Assembly (NCBI GenBank): GCA_965637545.1
Contig: OZ281499.1
Location: 806,001 to 870,000 of the forward strand
Source of the DNA: Phallusia mammillata
Lineage: Eukaryota
Direction: 5' to 3'
Length of the DNA stretch: 64,000 nucleotides
The notes beneath the pieces are model-generated. The model was not told the DNA's origin, searched no databases, and saw only the letters and a list, made by a program, of their open reading frames with translations. Position 1 is the first letter of the stretch. Each line of letters begins with the position of its first letter. Positions 35,383-46,884 of the stretch are shown here, one piece after another. A program made the position numbers and the translations under genes.

Positions 35383-38300
35383 CTAGGTGCTGAGGTTGGG
35401 GGATTTCTCTTAAAACTTCCACTGATGATGTTTTCGGTTGTGTGATTTCTATGGGTGCGTTGGCTTCCCTTCTCTCTGTTCGACCGATAGAATCCAAACA
35501 TTTAAAAAATATTGTTGGTCACAATAAGCAGCAGTCAACTTGAAGTTCAAACAAGTCAATGTATCCCATACCCGACTGCCGTGGCCTGCTACTGGTGGGA
35601 ATTTCCCCTTGTTGAGAAGAACCGTGCTCTTGTGCGCGCCCTGCTGGTTCGGTAAGTCGTTCCACTGTGCGACTAGATGTAGTAGACGGCGCTGAAAGTA
35701 AAACAGTTTGTTTGCAAAGAATACTTTTGTTTGTGGTGTTTAGTATGAAGGTTTACCCTCAAAACGTCCAGCCATTGGTAAGTAGTATTGAAGCGGGACG
35801 CGTTGACTTTCGTTGGTGGATGGTTGGTTGACAACCATTTCCCTGGCAACACTTGCTGCTTGAGAAAGTAGGTTTTCGGGGTTTTGCCTTTCCAAGAGAT
35901 TTTTTAATGTTTCCTTTATCTGAGTCATTGTGGGACGTTTTGTGGGATCTTGATCCCAGCATCGCTTCATCAGTAGTTGGAGTTGCTCTGCGATTTCTCT
36001 GTCTTCGCCGACCAAAGTTTGTATCCAATCCTGTATTTCCTGACAGTCCGGTCTTTTTCCTTTCTTGATTAGTTTTAACAGCGTTCTTCGTTGTTCGCCT
36101 TCTAGATACGGATAAGGAGCTTTACGAGCAAGAGCCGAGAAAGTTATCATTCCGAAAGAATATACGTCATGTTTCGTCTTAGGTTTGGTGGTGGGGTCCT
36201 TCAGTTTTTCAGGAGCGGTGTAATAGGGAGTGTATTGAAGCCTTTCTTTCTTGGTTCGTGCCAAAGCATTCACAGTTACCGAAGTACTGTAAGTTGCCAG
36301 TTCGGCGGAACCAAAGTCGCCAACCTTGCATTGAAGCTCTTCAGTAAGCATAATATTCCCAGGTTTTAGGTCCTGATGTATTAAACGTTTGTCGGGCAAA
36401 TTGTGACAGAAAGCCATTGCTGTTGCTATTTCGTGTAAAATGCGAACGCGCACAGCAAGGCCCAGTTCTTTGGATGTATCTATTAGTAAAGTTTCTAAAT
36501 CTCCACCTTTGCAGTATTCCATCACAATTCCCATTGCCAAAGACCATTTGACGTAGCCGAAAATTCGAACGACATTTTTATGATCTGCTTTCAGCAAATG
36601 TTCCATTTCTTCTTGAAACCTTAAGAATATTTTAATAAATATTCTATAGCTATTGTAGTTTTTGTGGGTGAAAAATCCTACATTTTTAAAACCATCTTTT
36701 TCTGCGTTGCACCAGCGACTTTGAATACTTTGATGGCAACTTCTTTCTTTAACCCATTGTGGTATCCAAATAAAACATCCCCGAAACCTCCTGAACCGGC
36801 CTCAAACTTCTCAAGATCACACGTGATGTCGCCACAGTCCAATTCTGGTAACTTTACAAAAAACAAAACAAATTATAAATTCCCTGTTTTGGCCCGTTTG
36901 CGATTTTTCATGCGTACTTATAATATAGATTGAATAATATTTTGTTAGTAAACATGATTTTGCACTATACACGAACTTGAAAAGTAATTTAATCATAAAT
37001 AATACTGCCAAGGTACTGGTGTATATAGAATATATAGTTCAGACGTTTCGACAATCTCTGTACCTACACTGATGATGACAACAGAGATTGTTGAAACGTC
37101 TGTATGATGTATTCTATATACTCTAGTACAGGGGTGCAAAAATGCGGTCGCACGGTCGCGCCGCGCGACCAATAAACTTGCGTGCGCGACCGCAGTTTGT
37201 AGTCACAATTAAATGTGGTCTATATTTTTGTAATTTAATTTATTCTCAGAATAAAAATAGAGCAATGATGAAGTGGCACAATTAGCGGAAAAATAGAGAG
37301 TAGGCAACGATCTAACAATATTCTTTTCGCGAAAAACACGCTTGAGTCAAGCCGCGACCGAATTACGTTAGTCGCATATTTTATGAGGCACTATCGCGAT
37401 GCTACGGTAACTGTGTAAAATGGGCAATCATCAACTGACATGACATGACTGTGACTGTCATAAGTTGAAGTAGTGATTTCCGCACACGCTTTTACAACCA
37501 AAAAAGAACATTTACTTTTCACTATCATCTCAAGCATTCTTGCTCGTCGCGCGCGAATATGATGCTAATCGTCGTGGGTATGGTGCAATCGCACACGTGT
37601 CTCAAAAAGAATTTGCAACGCATATGCACTCAACAACACGTCACTCACGCCGCACAAACATTTTCAACGGATTGTAGCTATTAGATTTGAAAAGACGCAA
37701 TATTTTGGCAAAAAACGTTTGCCACAAAAATATGCTGAGGTCATAATTTCAAATCTTCGTATAATGCGTCGTATAACATAAATCAATACATGTTGTTGTA
37801 TTTAGGGTTAGCCCGATAATACAGTATTACCTGATGCTATTTGTGGCATCGCTACTCATACGATACTTAGGTGGCATCAGAACAGATACCGATACTTTTA
37901 TAAACGAGTAAAACGTGCTTTAGTCTGTCATTTCTGCAACTAATTTTGCGAACGGTCACTTAAACTGTTTTTTTCATGTTTTTTTCAACAATGTGTCCTC
38001 CTTTTTGGGAATGGAAATATGGTAGGCCTAGTTGCAACACAATCTCTGCGTCCGGTTTGGACGTTTGCTGTTCGTATCTGAGAACATGCGAGACGAGCCG
38101 AAAGACCGATTTGCCGAATCAGCAATTTTAGCGACGATTTGTCAGGCTTCGGGGTAAAAACTGGATACCGGGCAAACCCCAATTCCAAAACCTATGCCAA
38201 TAGACTATGCCGTGATGTTACCGAAGCACAGTGCTCCACAACCTGCCGCCGTATGCGTACTCGGAGATGAATTAGTGCGGCCGCGAAACTGTATAGGGAA

Positions 38301-40700
38301 ATATATGTGTTGGCGGTAATGCGTTGATTTAAACTTAATTTTAGGCTATAAAACTGGTATAAATAGATTTTTCGTGGCTACTCCGGTTGCAATACGTGAC
38401 AGACTTTTTGTACGCTATTGTGTGCAAACAATGCCAAATGTCAGGCGACAAACAACAATTTAGAATCTAAATTTTAGATAGTGTCGTCATTAACAATTGA
38501 AACAAATCATTAATGCTGTTCCGTTCAATCTATGGATTAGACAAAAAATTCTTGAAATCACTAGATTATAAACAATTTAAGACATTTGGTGGCCGTTTGT
38601 AAAATAGGAACCTGCGATACGGCTATTAGTAGCGAAATGGTTGTGCATTAGGTGGAAAAAGACACATACACAAAAACGTATGTGCTACTAAAATTATTTG
38701 CGCGCTACCAGATTCCGAAAAAAATTTTGCACCCCTGCTCTAGTACTATGGCAGTAATATTTATGATTAAATGATTTTGCATCTTGGTAGACACGACTGT
38801 AGCATGTTGTTGTTTGTTGGCATGTTTATCTTACTTTCATGTTTTATAACATGTAGTCCCCTGTGCTGGGTAGTTTGTACCAACCCAGGTTATTTTAAAT
38901 GCACTTTTTACAATTCAAACTAGGGTTGGCAAGCCGGTCAATTGACCGGTCAAATACGGTCAATTGACCGGTCAATTGACAGCACTTTATTTAACCGGTC
39001 AAATACTATTTTTAATTTTAAAAATCAAATGTGGTAAATTTTCTTGGACTTGCTTTTTGGTTGTTGAAAAGGGTAATTTATTTCTAAAAACCCTCAAGTA
39101 GAACAGTTTAGGGCATACTGTTGTATTAATAAGTGCTTTTTAAGCCAATGTAGATGTGTTTTGTTCATTTGAAATAAATCCCATAACAATTAGGGGATAC
39201 TTTTCATTTGAAATTAAGATCTGATTTACGTTACGACAAAGGTTTACAATGCAATTAAAAAACATGCATCACTTCTAGCACCGTTTTATCTTAATAAAAA
39301 TCGGGTGTGATAGGTCCATGAGGGGAAGTTAGTTCATTAGAATTTACTTGGGCTTTTTTGCAAATGTTGCACATTTTGACTGACAGATAAAAAATCTAAG
39401 TAATTTAAAGCATCTGTGTAAACTTGTAGGTCTACAGCCCTTTTTCTATAGTTGATCCAAAAATTGTTTGTAGCTATATATTTAGCTTATAATTTCCCAG
39501 AATAGATTTTTGTGGATAAGTTACAGGTCAGTACTTATTGGGATAAAGTACGTACATATCAAGCTTTTGTATATTCCTTTTTTGTCATGAATGGAGATGT
39601 GTCAATAGCTTAACAGCATAAATTACGATTTTAAGCAGGATAAGCGAGGTTTGCAGTTAAATCTTAGTCAAAATTAGACTTTAAACTAATTTATTTCAAA
39701 TATTATAAGAATCCAGTTTACAAATGTGATTACTGAATGAAAATTACAGACCAACAGTTGGGGCCATTGATGAAATGAAGCATGCAATGCAGTCGGAAAA
39801 GTCTGTAATATAATATAAACTGAACATTTCCTATTTCACAAACAAATTTACATGAGTTGAAACCTTCATTTCCATTACTTATGGTTTAGAAGAAGATTAA
39901 ACTTCCAACTTTTAACTAAAATTGCAATTTAATAATGGGAATAGTATTTGACCGATATTTGACCTATTTGACAAGTATTTGACCGGTCAATTGACCAGAT
40001 TTTATTTGACCGGTCAAATGCCCAACCCTAATTCAAACACAAAAACACAACACGTAATCATAACCATGTAATAAATAATTTAAATTTGAAGCAAATAGCG
40101 TACCATCATTTATTTTGGCCAAAAAAACAACTTATCACAGAAACAGCGATAACACAAACAATTTCGCGCAGTTTCAAGCTGCTTAATACCTAGGAAAAGG
40201 TGGGCGATCCCTCGCTTATTTATACGTGAGCGCCTGAAATCGGCCAAGCGCTAAACCAGACAGATCAAAATGAAACAAAGAAACTAACGCAAGGTTTGTG
40301 AGCGTGCGCTGCACAAACAGTAGGCTAAACGGGCCTTAACAAACAACCATAAATATGTACTCATCGCCCCAGAACGTTTAACGTCGACAACCCTATACAA
40401 TGGTCTGTTGTAGCTGAATATGTACAATGAAGGATATAACGACCCAAATAGACGTAAAAAGCGACATGCTTTATTAATCAGACGTTTCGGCAAATGCTCA
40501 TGCCATCATCTATTGTACATGTGTTTTTCTGTATTAACAACTATATTTTGGCCCCTATTTGTGTATTATTCCCAAGGGGTTTTGTACAACAGAACAGCAA
40601 CAAGCTTATTTATAGGTTTCTTAAAAGTGAAAAATAAATCTCTAGTAAAACAACTAAATTTGTAAAATATCAGGATTTCACTTACGTTTGTTGAATCCAT
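35383..40700 (-). CDS. Second RIPK-like kinase paralogue (kinase domain plus two linker exons)
   Basis: Exons 40700-40686 (MDSTN), 36851-36682, 36619-35757, 35691-35572, 35475-35383. The large kinase exon (863 nt) and both linker exons (120, 93 nt) match the first copy in size and phase. Motifs GSGGFG, VAIK, HQDLKPGN, DFG, YTAPE intact. The 3' end of the gene is uncertain (see findings). Confidence 0.8.
36965..38770. mobile_element. Penelope-like palindromic insertion with hammerhead motif, interrupted by a hAT element
   Basis: 11-bp TSD ATGATTTTGCA (36954-36964, 38771-38781); empty site in the paralogue near 29790; core TACA-CTGATGA...GAAACGTC-TGTA at 37065-37104. Confidence 0.65.
37129..38737. 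mobile_element. Non-autonomous hAT DNA transposon
   Basis: TIRs CAGGGGTGCAAAA / TTTTGCACCCCTG; perfect 8-bp TSD CTCTAGTA. Confidence 0.92.
38921..40030. mobile_element. Non-autonomous hAT element (TAGGG-type TIR)
   Basis: TIRs TAGGGTTGG / CCAACCCTA; perfect TSD ATTCAAAC; subterminal ACCGGTCAA repeats at both ends. Confidence 0.92.
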
Positions 40701-41159
40701 TCTAAAATCAATCACAATTTTACTGAATAGTTTCTCTACTTTTCTAATGCTCTGCTGCAAACAACAAAAAACGGATTTTAATAAATCTTCAAACGAATTT
40801 CCTCTCACACAAAATTTTGCCTGAAAAACTGTTATCGATTGAAAAGGTTGGAATTGGAACCAGCTATATAGTTCGTAAAATATTAACTTTCCACCAGACA
40901 GCAGACGCTTGCTGCTTTTTAGGAGCCTAACTATAACTAGTACTGCTTAATTATCTTTAACCAGTTTTAAAACAAGTTTTTACAATAGATACAAGCTGCT
41001 CCACCAAGCAACGGGAAGGGTGATTCTAGCTTTACGTTTCAACTATGAGACTGGCAAGTTTTTAAACGAATACTTTTCACTTCTTTGCGGCATTACTGCA
41101 TCATGTGGTGGAATAAACTTTAAACCCTTTTCAAAGCGATGTTGATTTCGGCCTACTGC

Positions 41160-41345
41160 TGGCTAGACAGACTGTTCTGTTTGATTTTCATTTTCAACAA
41201 ATGTGGTTTGGCGCGCTTTATTTACCTGGGGATTCCCCCGGGAACAAACCTCCAGCAAGACCCTTAAGGGGAAAAACGTGCTGGTGGCTCGTGCTAGAAA
41301 GTGTCTGGGCCTCCACTCAAACAACAGTCAAAACTAGATCGGCCT
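41160..41345 (-). promoter_or_regulatory. Putative promoter of kinase gene 2
   Basis: GGGGATTCCC consensus kappaB site at 41228-41237 in the homologous position. Confidence 0.45.
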
Positions 41346-43269
41346 TTTTTGTTTCAAAAGATAAAACTAAAATGTTATGATTCCCCCTTTTATCTGCGTG
41401 GCTTCACAATTATGCTACTGCACGTAATGGACTTTCATATTTACGCACCTACCACTATTTTAATTGTTTAGTTTTTATCACTTCATTTGCACCCGTATTT
41501 TATTTACATTTTCTACACATAATTATCGCAAAGTGTAAAAAAATAATTTTGTACAACAATAATGGCATAAAAAATAAAACAAAAATTAAACAGTCACTAT
41601 TATGAGCAGCTATGCATAACTTATACACATGAAAATATTCACAAGTAATGTTTCATTAATGGTTATTGGTTTTGTGCGATTTGTACAAAGAAGTATGCTT
41701 TACACAAAAAACAAAAACAAACAGAGAACATCACATTTTAGCAAACTTGAATCAAACATGTTCCACTGGTTTGGCAGTAATGTTACTTGCTTAACAAAAT
41801 TCACAAAAATCTGGGAAACAGATGAACGTTTTTGTGATTGCAGCAAATCACTGCCTGGTAAACATGTTATAAAATTTCACAGTAATGAAACAATTCACAC
41901 CTTAAAAAGACAATATCTTGTCAAATAGTTGGAAGTTTTAGCATAATCATGATCAAATAAATGGAACATAATCACAGTTGAATTTACAATTAGCACAAAA
42001 ACTCGCCCACATTGGTTACAATAAAATTAAAGTAAATAAAACTTAAACACTGCAGATAAAAGTGCCGAAGTTTACATCTTGAAATTAGAATCTTGTAATA
42101 GACAGTTGGAAGATTAAGCATAATTGTGATGGAATAAATGCAACAGAACCACAGTCGAATTTGCACTTGGCACAAAAAGTTACCCACTTTGTTCACAACA
42201 TAATAATAAAGTTGCCATTGTGAAAAACAACCAAACTGCGACACAAGGTGTCAATAAAACATGCTTGATGGAGAGGTAACTGTCATGCACAGATGTTAGT
42301 GAGCCAAAGACATTGAACATTTCAGTGTTAGAATTCACATGCAACAAAAATATTATATTTTAAAGTTGCACATTTTTTAAGGCGTTGTAGATATTAAAGG
42401 CAAACTGCTGTAGAAAATGAAAAGATGTGACAAATATTTCATGACAATTTAAAATGTTCATAACTATATTGCATAACAATTAAACTTTGGGTTTAAGTGG
42501 AATTTAGGTTGTAAAACCAAAAAAAAGATGACAAAAAATTGTTATTTGTTTCCTGCTTAAAAGTGCGAAAAAAGTATCCATTCTGCCAGATATATTTTCT
42601 GACTGCCATTGCCCAACCATAACATCATACATGTACAATGCTACATTGCAATAATAAGAAATAACATTTTGCCATGACCCTTTAAACCACTGTTGGTGAT
42701 GACTTCAGAACATGAGCCACTATTAGGTGCTACAATAGTTTTGTGTGCCGCAAATAATGTGTTGTGGTTGTGGCACTACTAGTGTTATGTGGAAATATAT
42801 GAACAAAACATGTTGCTGATTTTGTCCGCATTTCCAGAGGGCACACACACAATGTCACTTGTGCAGTTTCAGAAAAAGTAACATTATTAGCCATTTGCAA
42901 GTTGAATAAGAATACAATGTGTTATATCATACCAAATGTAATTTAACTAATATTTCTAATACAAAGCAAATACTGACCGGCTAGAATAAGGAAACTAAGC
43001 CCACAAATTTAAAATGTGAAATTAACTAAACGATTTCAACCAAGATTTTTAAAGCATTTACCCAAACAAGTATTGTAATCTATTTTCAAGTGATGCGTAA
43101 AATTTATCACACTGTTGCTTGTAAATGGCATTAATGCAGCTTTTGCTGAACATACACAAATGTATTGTGAATGTGTTACCTGTGGAAGTAAGGACAACAA
43201 GCAGCAACATGTTTTCAGGTAAACATGAGGTGACAAAATGAATGACAATAAACCACACCGAGCATAACT

Positions 43270-43555
43270 CAGCAGTCAGCACCACACAACAAAACAGAAG
43301 ACCACAACACAACAAGAACACCATACAACGAAACAAAAGCACCACACAATAAAACAAAAACACCACACAATAAAACAAAACACCATACAACAAAACAAAA
43401 ACACCATACAACAAAACAAAAACACCATACAATAAAACAAATACACCACACAATAAAACACGAACATCACACCTCAAAGCAAGAACACCACACAACAGAA
43501 ACACAAAGCCACCACAGCAAAACAAGAACACCACACCTCAAAACAACAGCACAAC
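43270..43555. repeat. 21-bp tandem repeat (CACCACACAATAAAACAAAAA-like)
   Basis: Visible tandem array that generates the spurious hydrophobic minus-strand ORFs. Confidence 0.9.
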
Positions 43556-46059
43556 TAATTCCATGCACAATATACATTTCAAGCATAAACAACTGAATTC
43601 AACTGTGCTAAATATCCTTTCTGAATCAGAAATATGCTGCATCTACTGATCCACACAGATTTTTAATCCTAAATAAGCTAAAAAATCTGAGACTTTTACC
43701 TAAAGAAGTTATCACTGTATAATTTTGAACTTGAAGATAATTCAAAAGGCCTTTATGTGACAACACTGAGCATTTGTGACTGAAATACAAATGCCAGAAA
43801 CAAACAAGTGCAGATCATCACAGTGCCAATTGCTGGGTGTTCATTACGTCCTGTTCAGAAAACTTCCACAGCCGCTGATTTGGACCTCTATATCAATTGC
43901 CCCGGGGGAATCTAAAGTTATAACTTATTTACCTAAAGCATTGTCTGTACTCACCCAGAACACAAGTCAATAAAAACTTATCAAATAAGTATAAATACCT
44001 TTCAAATATACAGTTATACCTTTTACTAACCACTACAAGATTGGGTAGAAGTGGAATTGTCACTTTCCATGAGTTTTGGAATACCCAAGACAAACAGATT
44101 TAGACAATAAAGAAGAAAAAACATCCTGAAAACAAAAAATTACTACTGATAGTTTACATAAGTTTATAAGAAATTTAGCAAAAACCTTTATATTTCTCTA
44201 TAGCAGTGGGATGGAGCTTACAGCCTTCTGGTAAAGATTTCCAGATGAAAGTTGCAGCTATCCTTGAAAGCTGAAATCCTTAAATCAGGTTTTTCATTCT
44301 GCAGAAGTGGCAGATAAATATTTTAACAATTCTTAGCCAAATACTATGCCTGTCACCCTTTTTGCATAGGTTTAAACTTAAAATCATGTTGCTTTTCATG
44401 TATTTAAAGTATTTATTTTCCTGTCATGACAAATTCTTCTTTTTTCGTCATGAAACAAATCAATTTATACAATTTGCACCCAGCTACTGCATATCTTTGA
44501 GTGAGATAAACTATTACACTACTTTCATGTTGACTGTTATATATTTTACCTGTCATTCTCCATCTGCACGATGCAAGCTATACCTGTATTTTCCTTTATT
44601 ACTTTTTCTTATGCACCCACAATCTTATTACATTTCGCTCTGGGATATTTCTTTCATGCATTAATTATTGGTCAACTTTACTAAACAACTCATTCTCTGA
44701 AAAAAAAATTCTTGTTTCTTCACTTACACATAATTTTTATTTTAACAATTAAACTCTGGTTTTCTACTAAGAATTGTTTCTTATTAGAGTTATTTCACCA
44801 GTCTTGAACATTTTAGCTCTTCAGTTGAGTTCAGTAAAATAGTTATAACAACAAAATTGTACTAAAATATTTGCCCTGCTAAAAACAGCTGCGCAACCTC
44901 GAGATGATTTAAAGGACGACAAATAAAGGGCACAATTGGTGGAAAGATTGTAAATGTGCTTTAGCTACACTGTCTTAGATGCCACAACTGTGGTGAGTAT
45001 AGCTTGTTTCTGCTTTCTATTTACATGCTTTTATGTTAAATGGATTTCTAAGCTTCATTCAATCTGCTGACAAGAAATAACCGTAACCAATTGTTTAGCT
45101 TTGTTTTTTCTAAAGTTTATAACCTTTAACTTCACTAGCTTTTACTGTCATACCTCTGGGCAGAGAGATTTTTTTCCTTAAACAAAAACCTTTATCTTCC
45201 GTTGCATAACTGGTTCTTTAACTGCTCCTGTGATTTAAATGTTTAAGATTTCTGTTTCTTTGTGTAAATGTCTACTTTTTGCTGTGAGTTGTTGAAGGAT
45301 CAGCAAGTCATCTTGACCTGACAGGGATCGCGACGAGAACGCTCCTTCATTGATCCCCAAAACACAACTTCTGTGCCATGTTGTGCTCTAAACAAGTTCA
45401 AGGTTTTCTATCAAATACAAAGGTAGACATCATTTTACTATGGCTTCAACTTTAAAGATTCAAAAAAATCATGAACTTCTTGAAATAAAAAAGCACATAA
45501 AGAATCCTGTTAGACATTGTCCATCCACAGAGCTTGAAAATAAAACAAACAATTTAAGTCAAGATAATAATTAATCAAAAACAGTTATTGTCCTTACATA
45601 ATACTGTAAGTATAATCAATTGATGTCGGGGAAAAAAGCCCATCAGACTGCCAGAAAACATCTCTTGCAGCAATAAATTAGTAGTGATGTTCTGAAATTA
45701 TAAAACCAGTTCAAATGTAACAAGAAATTTACAGCAAATCTATGTCACAATCCTCACCAGCAGATGGGCATATAGAAAATTACTGTGAGTTCTTTATCTG
45801 AAAACAAAGGTAAAGTCTGTACAGTAAACAATGTTTCTTTGGATTTAAAATTTCCTTAAATCCACGATAAATAGTACTTCGGCAAAAACATAATAAAATG
45901 TATACATAGCTTTGAAACACTACTAACACTTTTATTGAGATAAACTTTCTTGGCCATAAAAACTCCCTGATACTGTACAACATAGCCTAAATATTTTGTA
46001 ACATATTTGTAATACTTTAACCTGCATGATAATACATTTTCTTGCAATAAGACAATCTT

Positions 46060-46170
46060 TACATAAGCTATTGCTGCCAGGCATAATATCAAGTTTATAG
46101 AGCTCTTCTGGCAAATGTGATTTTATTCCGACGTTTCGTCATCCTATACAGGTTGCCTTCATCAGGGTAA
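46060..46170 (-). mobile_element. Penelope-like end, same family as 23938-24143
   Basis: Minus strand CCCTGATGAAGGCAACCTGTATAGGATGACGAAACGTCGGAATAAAATCACATTTGCCAGAAGAGC..., matching the 24 kb arm. Confidence 0.7.
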
Positions 46171-46884
46171 ATTACACTGAATGCGAGAAGTACAATCTTT
46201 CTTTGCTTTTAAAACCTTTCTAACATCTTCTTTCTATCTTAAAAATCTTCTGCTGATACATCCCAGATGCAGAATTTAATGATTGAAAAAGAAAGTTGAA
46301 AACTCCAAACATTCACCACATTTCAAACACTCCACACACCAACTTATGGTTTAATGTTTAACTGAAAATTTGTTCTCATTTGCAACATAACACTTTGCAC
46401 CAAAAACACAAAACATCATAGCAGCACACAAAACTATCATAGCACCAAATAAGGATTTGTTCTGAAGTCTCACAGTACTTGTTAAGCATCTCTGTTCGTC
46501 ATGGCAATATTTTCACAGTAGAAATTGTTAAGGTAAATTTGAAAGCAGCAATAAGTGGTATGGTGTAAAAATGTTCACATGTTTTAAACCTGGGCAGAAG
46601 AAACATTGCAGAATGGAAAATAGAAAAGAAGTGTTGAAAAAGAAAGAACTTTAGTACATGACTGAAAAGCACCATCTTTAGATCATCATTAACATTAGCT
46701 CAACATAAAACGAGAATTAATCCAATTATTTTTGTAGCAAAATACATGCAACAGAAGTTTTCATGGTTTTTAAGCAATTACATCGTGTTTTTTGTAGCAA
46801 AAAAGCATGCAATAACAGTTGTTGAAGTACTTGTTTTAATTGTTTTAAGCACTAACATGCACATGGCAGTTTCCTCTACACATT

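Noticed and set aside
43058-43534. Three overlapping hydrophobic minus-strand ORFs resembling a membrane protein
   Set aside because: They are translations of a 21-bp A/C-rich tandem repeat, open in all three frames.
44180-44290. Minus-strand peptide RIAATFIWKSLPEGCK resembling a CR1/L2 ORF2 C-terminus
   Set aside because: Too short and without flanking retroelement hallmarks to call.
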